The translations under genes and the position numbers were made by a program. A DNA stretch of 64,000 nt from the NCBI GenBank assembly GCA_040753675.1, contig JBFMEB010000004.1, positions 4,288-68,287 of the forward strand, written 5' to 3'. Each line of letters opens with the position of its first letter. The stretch's first letter is position 1. Below, piece after piece: positions 18,549 to 28,790 of the stretch. The notes beneath the pieces were generated by a model. That model searched no databases. It worked only from the letters and a program-made list of their open reading frames with translations, and was not told the DNA's origin. Source of the DNA: Candidatus Omnitrophota bacterium (GTDB taxonomy: Bacteria > Omnitrophota > Gorgyraeia > JAHJTE01).

Positions 18549-19805
18549 TTAGCGCAGCTTATTCAACCCAAATTTAGAATGTAATACCCGCATTGCCCGA
18601 TTGGCATGCTTTTTCTTAATAATACAGGATATGCTTATCTCGCTGGTAGAAATCATTTCGATATTAATTTTTTCTTTTGCCAATATTTCAAACATCTTCG
18701 CTGCTACGCCCGGATAAGACTTCATCCCTACGCCAACAAGAGAGACACGCGCAATATCCTCATCACTAATACAATCGCCTGCGCCAATCGACGCTGCCAC
18801 GTTTCTGGCAATCCTCATTGCCTTGGGTAATTCATTTTTAAAAACCGTAAAGGAAATATCTGTAGCTCGAGTGCGGCTAACATTTTGAACTATCATGTCC
18901 ACATTAACATCTGCACTGGATATGCGTTTAAAAAGTTTTGCCGCTATGCCCGGCCTATCTGGAACATCGCAAACAGTAATTTTTGCCTCTCCCTTATTTA
19001 AAGTAATTCCTCTGATTAGGGCATCTTCCATCTCGCCTACCTCCTTAATCTTCAAACTCTTTAAATCAGAAATAGATTTTGCAATATACGAGCCGTCATT
19101 TTTATGAAACGAGGAACGCACATGAATCGGAACATTGAATTTCTTAGCTACCTCAATCGAGCGTACTTGCATAACTTGTGCGCCCAAAGAAGCTAACTCC
19201 AGCATCTCATCATAATTAATAAATGATAATTTTTTTGAGTCTTTTACAATTCTCGGATCAGCAGTAAATATACCTTCTACGTCAGTATATATCTCGCACA
19301 TATCTGCATTAAGCGCTTTTGCCAAAGCCACCGCAGTCAGGTCTGAACCGCCACGGCCTAAGGTAGTGATATCGTTCTCTGAAGTCACTCCCTGAAAACC
19401 AGCAACTATGACAATGTAACCTTGCGCCAAGTGTTTATTGATTCTGCGGGAATCAATTTTTAAAATGCGTGCTCTAGTATGATGCCGATCAGTAACAATG
19501 CCTACTTGCGAACCAGTTAAAGACAATGCTTTAAAACCCAGTTTGTGTATCGCCATTGCCAGAAGTGCGACAGAAATCTGCTCACCGGTAGAAAGCAACA
19601 TATCCATTTCTCGTTCCGAAGGATTGGTATTAATCTGGCTGGCTAAATCCACCAATTCATCGGTAGTATCCCCTAAAGCAGACACAACTGCCACAACATT
19701 GAAATTTTTCTTTTTATATTCCACCACGCGCCGGGCAACGCGCTTAATCCTCTGGGGATTAGCAACAGAAGAGCCGCCAAATTTTAAAACCACTAATTTA
19801 TGCAT
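18549..19805 (-). CDS. lysC: Aspartate kinase
   Basis: 418 aa; VLKFGGSSVANPQRIKRVA, an amino-acid kinase fold, and two C-terminal ACT domains. Confidence 0.9.
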   Translation of the reverse strand: MHKLVVLKFGGSSVANPQRIKRVARRVVEYKKKNFNVVAVVSALGDTTDELVDLASQINTNPSEREMDMLLSTGEQISVALLAMAIHKLGFKALSLTGSQVGIVTDRHHTRARILKIDSRRINKHLAQGYIVIVAGFQGVTSENDITTLGRGGSDLTAVALAKALNADMCEIYTDVEGIFTADPRIVKDSKKLSFINYDEMLELASLGAQVMQVRSIEVAKKFNVPIHVRSSFHKNDGSYIAKSISDLKSLKIKEVGEMEDALIRGITLNKGEAKITVCDVPDRPGIAAKLFKRISSADVNVDMIVQNVSRTRATDISFTVFKNELPKAMRIARNVAASIGAGDCISDEDIARVSLVGVGMKSYPGVAAKMFEILAKEKINIEMISTSEISISCIIKKKHANRAMRVLHSKFGLNKLR

Positions 19806-21405
19806 TTTTAACTCTCCTTAAAGAGTCCATCAGTCTAAACGCATCCCAGGATAAAATTAACGCCAAACCGACCAAAATAACAGAAATAATCAATAATAAA
19901 AAATCATGGCTATTAAAATAATTAATACTGCCTACTACAAGCGCTGCGATTGTAGTTAAAAGCATAATAGCCGCGGGAATAAGGGTGTAGATAACTTTTT
20001 TTCCTTTGCTAAGCAACCAAGATGATATAACTAAAAGTGTCAATGCTGCAACCAACTGATTTGAAGCTCCAAAGGCCGGCCAGATTCTATTCCATTTTCC
20101 ACTTAAGGCTAGAAAAGAAGCAGCCAAAAGCATAATTGATGTAGAAATAAACTTATTTTTTACCAAGGTAATCTCTTCAAAAATATAACGCGAAATTCTT
20201 ACGGCAGTATCTAAGGTAGTTAATATAAAAGCATTGAGAGTAATAATGGCTATAAATGACCCGAATCTGCCAATAATCCCTTGCGAGATTATTCCAAAAC
20301 CTTTTCCAAAAACCCCTACCGGGCTGGATGACTTCAGTACCGCTAATAAATCTATATTCTTATCAAAAGCGCTGATTGCTAAGACACAAATAACAGCCAA
20401 TAAGGCAACCAGACCTTCTGCTACCATTGCACCATAGCCAATTTTTTTTGCGTCTAATTCAGATGATATCTGTTTGCTACTCGTGCCGCTGGCAATTAAG
20501 GCATGGAAGCCTGAAATTGCGCCGCAAGCCACGGTAACAAAAAGCATTGGCCAGACAAAACCTTCATTAGAAGATAAAGCAACAACCGGCGGCTGATTAA
20601 TTATTGGCCGAGAAAAAATAATCCCCAAATAGCCTAAACCAAGAGTAAAAAATAAAAGATAACTTGAAAAATAATCTCTGGGCTGTAATAAAATATTTAC
20701 GGGTAAAATCGAAGCAAAAAAACAATAGACAATTAAAACTAACGACCAAACCAGCATAGGGTTAGCACCAGCGTTAATAGGCATTACCTGGCCTAATAAT
20801 ATCAAACACAATAAAGAAATTAAGCCAAACAAAGTCACCAGGGCTATATTTATCTTCCGGGCATAAATTAGAAAACCCGCCACCATTGCCACAGGTATAA
20901 GCCCTAAAGACGGTAGAACTATTTTTGGTTCTTCAACAAATGTTTTAGCGCAAAGGTGAATAAAAACCGCCACAACTAAAATTAAAGCCAAGAGAACAAA
21001 ACTACTAAATATTATCCTTGCCCTCTTAGAAATTATTTCTTGAGATATGTCAGCTATGGATTTACCTTTATGGCGCACAGAAATCATGAGAGCGCAAAAA
21101 TCATGTACACCGCCAATGAATATAGTACCAAATACTATCCAGATTAAGGCAGGTAGCCACCCCCAAAGAATAACTGCTATTACAGGACCTATAATAGGAC
21201 CTGCACCGGCAATCGAAGCAAAGTGATGACCAAAAAGAATTAACCAGTTTTTTGCAGGGACATAATCTATGCCGTCTCTTAAAGTATGCGCCGGAGTAGG
21301 CCGGTTAGCATCTACCTCAAAGAGACGTTCAAATTTAGAAGCATAAAATATATATCCAACTGCAAAAGCCAATAATGATATTAATACAATAGGTAATGCG
21401 CTCAT
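19798..21405 (-). CDS. cstA: Carbon starvation protein A family transporter
   Basis: 535 aa polytopic membrane protein with the CstA N-terminal signature ...NWLILFGHHFASIAGAGPIIGPVIAV.... Confidence 0.8.
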   Translation of the reverse strand: MSALPIVLISLLAFAVGYIFYASKFERLFEVDANRPTPAHTLRDGIDYVPAKNWLILFGHHFASIAGAGPIIGPVIAVILWGWLPALIWIVFGTIFIGGVHDFCALMISVRHKGKSIADISQEIISKRARIIFSSFVLLALILVVAVFIHLCAKTFVEEPKIVLPSLGLIPVAMVAGFLIYARKINIALVTLFGLISLLCLILLGQVMPINAGANPMLVWSLVLIVYCFFASILPVNILLQPRDYFSSYLLFFTLGLGYLGIIFSRPIINQPPVVALSSNEGFVWPMLFVTVACGAISGFHALIASGTSSKQISSELDAKKIGYGAMVAEGLVALLAVICVLAISAFDKNIDLLAVLKSSSPVGVFGKGFGIISQGIIGRFGSFIAIITLNAFILTTLDTAVRISRYIFEEITLVKNKFISTSIMLLAASFLALSGKWNRIWPAFGASNQLVAALTLLVISSWLLSKGKKVIYTLIPAAIMLLTTIAALVVGSINYFNSHDFLLLIISVILVGLALILSWDAFRLMDSLRRVKNA

Positions 21406-22598
21406 TGTCGAATGAAATGTTCTATTAATTCATGGCCTTTTTCAAAAAATAACCCAGATTGACCTGCAACTTTCTCGCTAAAATAAGTCGTGCTATCAGG
21501 CTCAATGCCCTCTCCGCACATGGCAAAGGGTACTGGGCCATCCGTATGCGTGCGTAAGCTTATAGGCGTAGGGTGATCTGGAACCAGTAAAACACGAAGC
21601 GAAGATAAGCTTTTTGTTTCCTTTAAAACCTGGCCTACAACTTGACTATCAAAGCGTTCAATCATGGCAATCTTTTGGCGCAGATCTCCGTTATGGCCTG
21701 CCTCGTCAGTAGCCTCAACATGTATAAATACGAAATCAACCTTCTTGAGTGCCTCGACAGCATATGAAGCCTTGCCTAAAAAATTAGTGTCATAATAACC
21801 TGTTGCGCCTGGCACCTCTATAACTTTAAGGCCAATTATTTTACCAATTCCCTTAATGAGATCAACCGCAGAAATTACGGCGCCAGTTAAGCCAAAAAGC
21901 GTTTTAAAGTCCGGCATTGTAGGAGGCCGGCCTTCGCCCCAGAGCCAAATCATATTTGCCGGATTCTCGCCTAAATCAATGCGCACTTGATTAATCGCCT
22001 GGTCTTTTAAGAAATTTCGCGAGTCTTGCATTAGCTTAATTAATAATTGCGAGCCAATGCCTTTTGGCAAATTATCTTTTAATGGCATTCCCATTATATC
22101 ATGGGGAGCTTTAGCTGAAATTTCGCCTTTCTTGCCAAAAGCAGAAAGCTTAATTACAACGATATGCCTATAGCTTGTACCGGGAAAAAAGCGAATATCC
22201 TTATTCCCAAGTTTGTCATTTAAGACTTTAATCAGTACTTGCGCCTCCTTGGTAGTTATGTGGCCAGCGCTATAATCAATTAATTTTTGCTCATCGGCAG
22301 TAACTAAATTACAACGAAATGCTACTTCATCCTCATTTAAATTTATGCCCATATGTGCAGCTTCCAGGGCTGCCCTTCCAGTATAATATTCTATCGGATC
22401 GTAACCAAATAGGGAAAGATTAGCAACATCAGAAGCAGGAGATAGTCCCTTAGGAATAGTCCTCACCATGCCTATCTTGCCGGAACTTGCTATAAAATCC
22501 ATATTTGGCGTCTTGGCTGCTTCCAATGGGGTACGGCCATCTAATTCTACTATCGGTATATCTGCCATACCATCTGGAACAAAGATGATATATTTCAT
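21402..22598 (-). CDS. apgM: Cofactor-independent phosphoglycerate mutase, archaeal type
   Basis: 398 aa; MKYIIFVPDGMADIPIVELDGRTPLEAAKTPNMDFIASSGKIGMVRTIP and a metalloenzyme C-terminus (PDHPTPISLRTHTDGPVPF). Confidence 0.85.
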   Translation of the reverse strand: MKYIIFVPDGMADIPIVELDGRTPLEAAKTPNMDFIASSGKIGMVRTIPKGLSPASDVANLSLFGYDPIEYYTGRAALEAAHMGINLNEDEVAFRCNLVTADEQKLIDYSAGHITTKEAQVLIKVLNDKLGNKDIRFFPGTSYRHIVVIKLSAFGKKGEISAKAPHDIMGMPLKDNLPKGIGSQLLIKLMQDSRNFLKDQAINQVRIDLGENPANMIWLWGEGRPPTMPDFKTLFGLTGAVISAVDLIKGIGKIIGLKVIEVPGATGYYDTNFLGKASYAVEALKKVDFVFIHVEATDEAGHNGDLRQKIAMIERFDSQVVGQVLKETKSLSSLRVLLVPDHPTPISLRTHTDGPVPFAMCGEGIEPDSTTYFSEKVAGQSGLFFEKGHELIEHFIRQ

Positions 22599-23227
22599 AT
22601 TTTTTCCTCTAAGATAGAAATTAATTTTCTTGCCAGCCCTAATCTGGAATTTGATTTTGCCAACATTCCTTGATGATTAAGGATAAAAGATTTTAGGCGG
22701 TTATTTTTAAATTTGTTTGCAACAATAATATCTGCCGCGGCTTTCTCCTGTGCGGTTCTCGCCCTTTTTATTAATTGGGTATCTGAAACATTAGGCTCCA
22801 ATTTAAACATTACCAAAAAAGAATTGGAAGCACATTTTTTTATTTCATTAATAATTTTAGGTGCACGGATAAGTTTTAAAGAAAATTTAGTTTTGTTTGA
22901 ATCTAATTTCTTTTTCGATTCTTTCTCTAGCAAAAAATCAGAAACAGCAGCATTGTGAATTATGCAATCAAATTTATTTTTTTTTATTTCATCCTTAACT
23001 AAAGAACGAAGTTGCTTAAAATACCTAAATGATTTTAATCGGATTCCTTTTATTCTTTCTTTAGGCGCAGCCAACAATAGAGTGACTTTAGCCCCTCTCT
23101 CTTTTGCTAACTTTGCCAACAATCTACCAGTTTCGCCAGTAGCTATGTTGCTGATTGCCCTCACAGGGTCGATTTTTACCTGGGTAGGACCTGCTGTAAT
23201 AAGGATTTTTTTATTTTTTAAGGTCAT
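22595..23227 (-). CDS. coaB: Phosphopantothenate--cysteine ligase (stand-alone CoaB domain)
   Basis: 210 aa; ILITAGPTQVKIDPVRAISNIATGETG matches the CoaB half of Dfp. No CoaC flavoprotein domain. Confidence 0.7.
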   Translation of the reverse strand: MTLKNKKILITAGPTQVKIDPVRAISNIATGETGRLLAKLAKERGAKVTLLLAAPKERIKGIRLKSFRYFKQLRSLVKDEIKKNKFDCIIHNAAVSDFLLEKESKKKLDSNKTKFSLKLIRAPKIINEIKKCASNSFLVMFKLEPNVSDTQLIKRARTAQEKAAADIIVANKFKNNRLKSFILNHQGMLAKSNSRLGLARKLISILEEKI

Positions 23228-23387
23228 TTACATTTAGGTTACTATTAGTTACTAACAGTTTCTAATAAAAATTCAAAAACAACGAATCGGTTACTAACAG
23301 TTACATTTTTGCAACCAATAGTAACTATTAGTAACAAACTCAGCATCTTGCTTCCCCATTTGCTTTAGTAACCATTAGTAACTATTA
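23228..23387. repeat. Operator-like repeat array: GTTACTA(A/T)(C/T)AGTTAC x2 direct, then TAGTAAC(T/C)ATTAGTAAC x2 inverted
   Basis: Read directly upstream of coaB and downstream of thrC. Overall dyad symmetry centred near 23305. Confidence 0.5.
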
Positions 23388-24467
23388 TTAATAACCTATT
23401 TCTTTCAATACTGTTTTTAAATCTGCTTTGACGCTCTTTGGCTTTTCTATTGTTTTGATAGCCCGGTCGGGGTCTTTAAGGCCATGTCCGGTTAAGATGC
23501 AGACTATCTTTGTAGTTTGTAGTTTGTAGTTTGTAGTTTGTTTAAAATAATTTTTCTTAGCCAATTTAAGTAACCCAGCGACTGAAGCGGCTGAGGCAGG
23601 CTCAACAAATACACCATCTTTTTCTGCTAATAGCTTGTAAGCACTCAAGATATCTTTATCAGTCACAGAGTCAATCAAGCCACCTGATTCATCGCGGGCT
23701 TGTTCTGCTTTTTTCCAGCTCGCGGGATTGCCTATCTTAATTGCAGTAGCAATTGTTTTTGGCTCTTTGATTATCTTCCCTTTAACAATCGGTGCAGCAC
23801 CTTCTGCTTGAAATCCCAACATCTTTGGTAGTTTGCTTATCTTTTTTAAGTTGAAATACTCCTGGTATCCTTTCCAATAGGCGGTGATATTGCCGGCATT
23901 GCCAACTGGCATTACCTGAAAATCGCAAGCTCCTTCCAAAGCATCGCAAATTTCAAATGCAGCTGTTTTTTGGCCTTCGATACGATAAGGATTTAAAGAA
24001 TTAACTAACTGGATTGGAAATTTTGCGCTGATTTCGCACACCAGCTCTAATGCAACATCAAAATTTCCTTTAACTGCCAGAACTTTCGCATTATGTATCA
24101 TTGCCTGCGATAATTTACCTAAGGCAATTGCACCATCAGGTATAAGCACGAAGCATTTTAAATTAGCCTTAGCAGCATAGGCAGCGGCTGACGCTGAAGT
24201 ATTGCCAGTAGAAGCACAGATAACCGCAGCCTTTCCTTCTTCTTTTGCTTTGGAAATAGCAACAGTCATACCCCTATCTTTAAAAGAACCAGTGGGGTTT
24301 GCACCTTCAAATTTTAAATAAACCTTAAATCTTTCTCCTAGACAACTAGTTAGATAGGGAGAAAAAATCAGAGGTGTATTGCCTTCGCAAAGACTAATTA
24401 TCGGCGTCTTTGTGGTAACCGGCAATAGATGTCTGTACTTATCAATCACTCCGTTATATTTGCTCAT
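23388..24467 (-). CDS. thrC: Threonine synthase
   Basis: 359 aa; the PLP Lys motif FEGANPTGSFKDRGMTVAISKA, and the glycine-rich ICASTGNTSASAAAYAA. Confidence 0.9.
   Translation of the reverse strand: MSKYNGVIDKYRHLLPVTTKTPIISLCEGNTPLIFSPYLTSCLGERFKVYLKFEGANPTGSFKDRGMTVAISKAKEEGKAAVICASTGNTSASAAAYAAKANLKCFVLIPDGAIALGKLSQAMIHNAKVLAVKGNFDVALELVCEISAKFPIQLVNSLNPYRIEGQKTAAFEICDALEGACDFQVMPVGNAGNITAYWKGYQEYFNLKKISKLPKMLGFQAEGAAPIVKGKIIKEPKTIATAIKIGNPASWKKAEQARDESGGLIDSVTDKDILSAYKLLAEKDGVFVEPASAASVAGLLKLAKKNYFKQTTNYKLQTTKIVCILTGHGLKDPDRAIKTIEKPKSVKADLKTVLKEIGY
23511..23538. repeat. Perfect heptanucleotide tandem repeat (TGTAGTT)x4 inside thrC
   Basis: Read directly. Encodes QTTNYKLQTTK in frame. 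Confidence 0.8.
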
Positions 24468-25855
24468 ATTATTTTAATAAATTTATTCACTACTTCTTGG
24501 TCAAAATGACTGCCAGCAAATTTTTTAAGCTCTTCCTTTGCCTGCTCATTGCTCATTGCTTTACGATAAGGCCTATCCGAGGTCATGGCATCAAAAGCAT
24601 CTACCACCGATAAAATCTTTGCTAATAAAGATATCTCGTCCCCTTTAAGTCCATCTGGGTAACCGCTACCGTCTAACCACTCATGGTGATGTCTGACCAA
24701 ATCACAAAGCGGCCTCAACGATGCTATGGGCTTTAAAATATTTTCGCCGATTTTTGCATGTTCCCTGACAATCAATAATTCTGCCGGAGTTAAACGCTCG
24801 CCTTTTCTTAAGATTTCATCGCTAATGCCGATCTTTCCAACATCATGCAATACGCTAGCATCACTTAAAAGTTTTTTCGATTTTTCATCCAGACCAAAAG
24901 CATCTGCGAGTCGAAGAGAATATTCTGCCATACGCTTACAATGGCCTCGGGTATATGGATCGCGTGCCTCAACCGCCATAGCCAAAGCAGAAATCGTCTG
25001 AATATAAGTAGTTTGCGCATCTTTATGAAGGCGATAATTTTCTATTGCCGAGGCGGTTTGAGTAGCCAACTCAGAAAGTAACACTAAATCATCGTTGTTA
25101 AAAGACTGATTGATCTCTTTATCTTCAACAACTAATACTCCTACGATCTTATTGGCGTATTTTAAAGGTACAGCAACCAAAGAAGACCCTTTGTCTATTG
25201 CCGGAACAATAATCGGCTTTCCTGTCTCTGCTACCGAGCCAATTAGGCCTTCGCCAATCGCAATTTTCTCTTCATAAACCCCTGGGCCGAAAGATGCCTT
25301 GATAAAGAGTCTATTTAAACTGTCATCAATCAAAAAAAGTTTAGCCTTTTTTGCCCGTAAAGACTTACTCACAGTCTCAATAATCAGATTTATGAATCTA
25401 TCGATATCTTCAAAAGAAGTAATTGCCTCGCTAACTTTTAAGGCAATTGTCTGAAGCATTTCTTTTGATGCTTCCAGCTCTTTAATATTATCTTGGAGTT
25501 GCTTGGTTATGCGATTAAACGATAGTGCTAATTCTTTAATCTCATCCTCTTCGCTTAATTCTATTTTTTCTATATCAGTATTGCCTTCGGTAACTGCCTT
25601 AACGCGCTGGTTTATCATCAAAACTGATTTTATAATTCTCCTAATAATTTCAAAACCAACTAAACTAGAAACAACTAACAAAGCAATTGTAAGTTTTATG
25701 TATTTGAATGAATAAGTGATTAAGTTATCAGAGAAAAATAATATGTATATTACAACTAAAATCGGCACCAAAGAAGTCAATAGGAAAGACAAGCCGATTT
25801 TGCGCATTAAGCTATCATTCTTAATTGATTTGATTTTAAACAAATCTTTTTTCAT
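24464..25855 (-). CDS. Membrane sensor with GAF domain and HD-GYP c-di-GMP phosphodiesterase domain
   Basis: 463 aa; N-terminal TM segments, a GAF region, then HD...HDVGK...HHEWLDGSGYP (HD-GYP signature). Confidence 0.8.
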   Translation of the reverse strand: MKKDLFKIKSIKNDSLMRKIGLSFLLTSLVPILVVIYILFFSDNLITYSFKYIKLTIALLVVSSLVGFEIIRRIIKSVLMINQRVKAVTEGNTDIEKIELSEEDEIKELALSFNRITKQLQDNIKELEASKEMLQTIALKVSEAITSFEDIDRFINLIIETVSKSLRAKKAKLFLIDDSLNRLFIKASFGPGVYEEKIAIGEGLIGSVAETGKPIIVPAIDKGSSLVAVPLKYANKIVGVLVVEDKEINQSFNNDDLVLLSELATQTASAIENYRLHKDAQTTYIQTISALAMAVEARDPYTRGHCKRMAEYSLRLADAFGLDEKSKKLLSDASVLHDVGKIGISDEILRKGERLTPAELLIVREHAKIGENILKPIASLRPLCDLVRHHHEWLDGSGYPDGLKGDEISLLAKILSVVDAFDAMTSDRPYRKAMSNEQAKEELKKFAGSHFDQEVVNKFIKII

Positions 25856-27144
25856 CTACCCTCAATCCTTAAGGCAACCGGAAACCTTTTAATGACCGCA
25901 AACTGAAAAATCTGTTTTAACGCCAGTTGCAAATCTTTCTCTCTTGCCTCATGGGTAAGTATAACTACTGGAACAACCTTGGCTCGCCTTCTTTCCTTCT
26001 GAGTGACTGAGGCAATGCTAATCTTATGTTTGCCTAAAATACTAGAAATCTTGGACAATACTCCTGGCTTATCAATTGCCATAAATCTAAGATAATATCT
26101 GCAGACTATATCCTGCATTTTAATTAATCTGGGGCTTGAAACAAGAGGCAAAACCGGCAATCTCTGGCCAGTATCGCATTTAATATTTAAAGCAACATCT
26201 ACAATGTCGCTTATCACTGCTGAGGTAGCAGGAAGCTGGCCTGCGCCCCGGCCATAAAGAAGCATATCGCCCACTAAATCTGCAGATAAAAATAGGGCAT
26301 TAAATACTCCGGAAACTGAAGAAAGCGGATGCTTAGCTGGTAAAAGGGTAGGGTGAACCCTAACCTGAAGCTTACCATCTTCAATCTTTGCAATACCTAA
26401 TAATTTTAAGCAATAGCCTAATTCTTTAGCATATTGAATATCTACCGCAGAAATATCCTTAATCCCCTCCACAAAAATCTCCTCTAAATTAACTGATTTG
26501 CCAAACGCCAGATGAGTCAACAATGCTAATTTATGGGCGCAATCAACGCCGCCGATATCTAAACTCGGGTTTCTTTCGGTGTAGCCCCTTTTTTTAGCAA
26601 TGGCTAAAGCATGACTAAAATCCAGCCCTTCGTCGGCCATCTTTGAAAGAATGTAATTCGAGGTGCCATTAATAATTCCGTAAATAGCATTAATCTTATT
26701 TGCCACCAACCCTTCGCGCAGCACTTTAATAATCGGCACCCCACCCATAACCGAACCTTCAAAATAAATATCTCTGTTAAATTTCTTAGCTAATTTAAAA
26801 AGCTCTCCTCCAGCCAAAGCCAAAAGTGCTTTGTTGGCAGTAACGACAAATTTAGCGTTAATAATAGCCTTCTCAATATACTCTTTTGCAGGATGGATGC
26901 CTCCTATAAGCTCAACTATGATATCTATTTCAGGATCAATAATTAATTCATTTGCACTATCAGCAATTATTTTTTTCGATACCGAGACTTTGCTAAAAAT
27001 TCGTTTATTTAAATCAAAAACTTTTTTCAGCCTAATATCTATGCCAAATTTAGATTTAAAAAAGGCACTACGGCTAATCAATAGCTTATATACACCTCTG
27101 CCCACAGTCCCTAATCCGATTAGACCCACATTTATTTTTCTCAT
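25852..27144 (-). CDS. hom: Homoserine dehydrogenase
   Basis: 430 aa; VGLIGLGTVGRGVYKLL NAD-binding motif, a catalytic domain, and a C-terminal ACT domain. Confidence 0.9.
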   Translation of the reverse strand: MRKINVGLIGLGTVGRGVYKLLISRSAFFKSKFGIDIRLKKVFDLNKRIFSKVSVSKKIIADSANELIIDPEIDIIVELIGGIHPAKEYIEKAIINAKFVVTANKALLALAGGELFKLAKKFNRDIYFEGSVMGGVPIIKVLREGLVANKINAIYGIINGTSNYILSKMADEGLDFSHALAIAKKRGYTERNPSLDIGGVDCAHKLALLTHLAFGKSVNLEEIFVEGIKDISAVDIQYAKELGYCLKLLGIAKIEDGKLQVRVHPTLLPAKHPLSSVSGVFNALFLSADLVGDMLLYGRGAGQLPATSAVISDIVDVALNIKCDTGQRLPVLPLVSSPRLIKMQDIVCRYYLRFMAIDKPGVLSKISSILGKHKISIASVTQKERRRAKVVPVVILTHEAREKDLQLALKQIFQFAVIKRFPVALRIEGR

Positions 27145-27184
27145 AGCAACCTCTATTTAAACAATTAAGAAATCAATTTTCAAA

Positions 27185-27259
27185 TCGGGGCGGACAGACT
27201 TGAACTGTCGACCTCTTGAACCCCATTCAAGTGCTCTAGCCAAACTGAGCCACGCCCCG
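27185..27259 (-). tRNA. tRNA-Pro (anticodon GGG)
   Basis: Manual fold: acceptor CGGGGCG/CGCCCCG, D-arm GCTC..GAGC, anticodon stem CTTGA/TCAAG with loop ATGGGGT, T-arm GACAG-TTCAAGT-CTGTC, discriminator A. No encoded CCA. Confidence 0.85.
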
Positions 27260-27328
27260 TGATTTGCTAGCTATTTTCTATCGGCAAATCATCCCGAGTC
27301 CCAAAACTTCGGGACGAGGGATTAATTT

Positions 27329-28318
27329 TTATTCCGGCTTCAACTTCCTAGACATCAAATCATTAACTGCCTTAATAGCAGATTTACCTCTATAAATAAC
27401 CTGGTAAATTTCTTTAGTAATCGGCATTTCTATATTATATTTTAGGCTCAAAGAATGAGCTGACTTTACTGTAGTAACACCTTCAGCAACCATCTGCATT
27501 TTAGATACAATTTTTTTAATAGGTATCCCCTTTGCTAACTGCTCTCCTACAAAACGATTTCTGCTAAATTTGCTAACACAAGTCGTAACTAAATCACCCA
27601 ACCCGCTAATACCATTAAGGGTTTCTCCTCTGCCTCCCATTGCTACTGCTAATTTACGCATCTCATTTAAGCCTCGTGAAAGGATTGCTGCTTTAGAATT
27701 AGTGCCAAAACCCAAGCCATCCGAGATTCCGCAGGCAATAGCAATTATATTTTTTAAACTTCCACCTAATTCCACTCCCACAACATCTGTATTTGTATAA
27801 ACCCTAAAGCGCGGCCCCGTAAAAAGATGCTGTAGAAATCTTAAATCGCTTTCGCATCTACCAGCAATAACCGCGGTAGTTGGATGATCCTTTGCTACCT
27901 CTCTAGCTATGGTTGGGCCAGAAAGAACAGCTATTCTAAGTTTGCCTAATTCTTCTATTATAACCTCACTCATGCGCCTTAAGGTATTTATTTCTATACC
28001 CTTTGTTACGCTAACAAATAGATTCTTGTTTATCTTGGGGATATTCTTTAATCTTTTTACGACTTTACGTAAATAAATCGATGGTATAGCAACAATAACT
28101 AAATTAGCATCAGCGACTGCTTCATTTAAATTTGCAGTTATTTTTATCTGGGAAGGAATCTTTATACCAGGAAGAAATCTTGGATTCCTTCTATATTTAT
28201 CAAGATAACGAGCATATGTCTTTGAGACGCTCCACAATGCAACATCTTTATTCTTCTTATTAAGAAGAATTGCCAGAGTGGTACCCCAACCACCGTCACC
28301 TAAAACTGTAATTTTCAT
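27329..28318 (-). CDS. gpsA: NAD(P)H-dependent glycerol-3-phosphate dehydrogenase
   Basis: 329 aa; MKITVLGDGGWGTTLAILL Rossmann start with GpsA family conservation throughout. Confidence 0.9.
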   Translation of the reverse strand: MKITVLGDGGWGTTLAILLNKKNKDVALWSVSKTYARYLDKYRRNPRFLPGIKIPSQIKITANLNEAVADANLVIVAIPSIYLRKVVKRLKNIPKINKNLFVSVTKGIEINTLRRMSEVIIEELGKLRIAVLSGPTIAREVAKDHPTTAVIAGRCESDLRFLQHLFTGPRFRVYTNTDVVGVELGGSLKNIIAIACGISDGLGFGTNSKAAILSRGLNEMRKLAVAMGGRGETLNGISGLGDLVTTCVSKFSRNRFVGEQLAKGIPIKKIVSKMQMVAEGVTTVKSAHSLSLKYNIEMPITKEIYQVIYRGKSAIKAVNDLMSRKLKPE

Positions 28319-28320
28319 AA

Positions 28321-28716
28321 TCAGCGCATCTGTTTATTCAATCGATTACAAAGTTCAATAAAATCTTCTTTCTCGTCTCGGGTTAAAAAGCAAATCCCGA
28401 CATCAAAACATCCATCTTGCCGCTCGACTACTCGAACTACTTTCCCCAGTACGCCTTTTTGAATAATCAGGCTTCGGGACTCTATTTCTTTGCAGATGGT
28501 CAAAACGTTCATATCGAATGACAACCAAAGAATTGCCTCTATGGGAATCGGCTCTTTCAATTTACATAATAGCCCTGATTGGCTTATATTCTGCGTATAA
28601 CCATCAAAAAGTTTAGTTATTGTTTCGGCCTTACAAACCTTGTATTGCAGTGGCTCTGAAAAATCTATGCGTACAAACTGTCTACGCTCAATACCTGAAT
28701 AATTTTTCTGCTCCAT
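28321..28716 (-). CDS. PilZ domain protein (c-di-GMP receptor)
   Basis: 131 aa; RRQFVR (RxxxR) and NISQSG (D/NxSxxG) motifs. Confidence 0.7.
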   Translation of the reverse strand: MEQKNYSGIERRQFVRIDFSEPLQYKVCKAETITKLFDGYTQNISQSGLLCKLKEPIPIEAILWLSFDMNVLTICKEIESRSLIIQKGVLGKVVRVVERQDGCFDVGICFLTRDEKEDFIELCNRLNKQMR

Positions 28717-28790
28717 TTTAGAACCTATTGTTTAAAACTTTATGACAATTTAGCATAACTTTATTATTATAGATAAGTTATGAACTGTTT

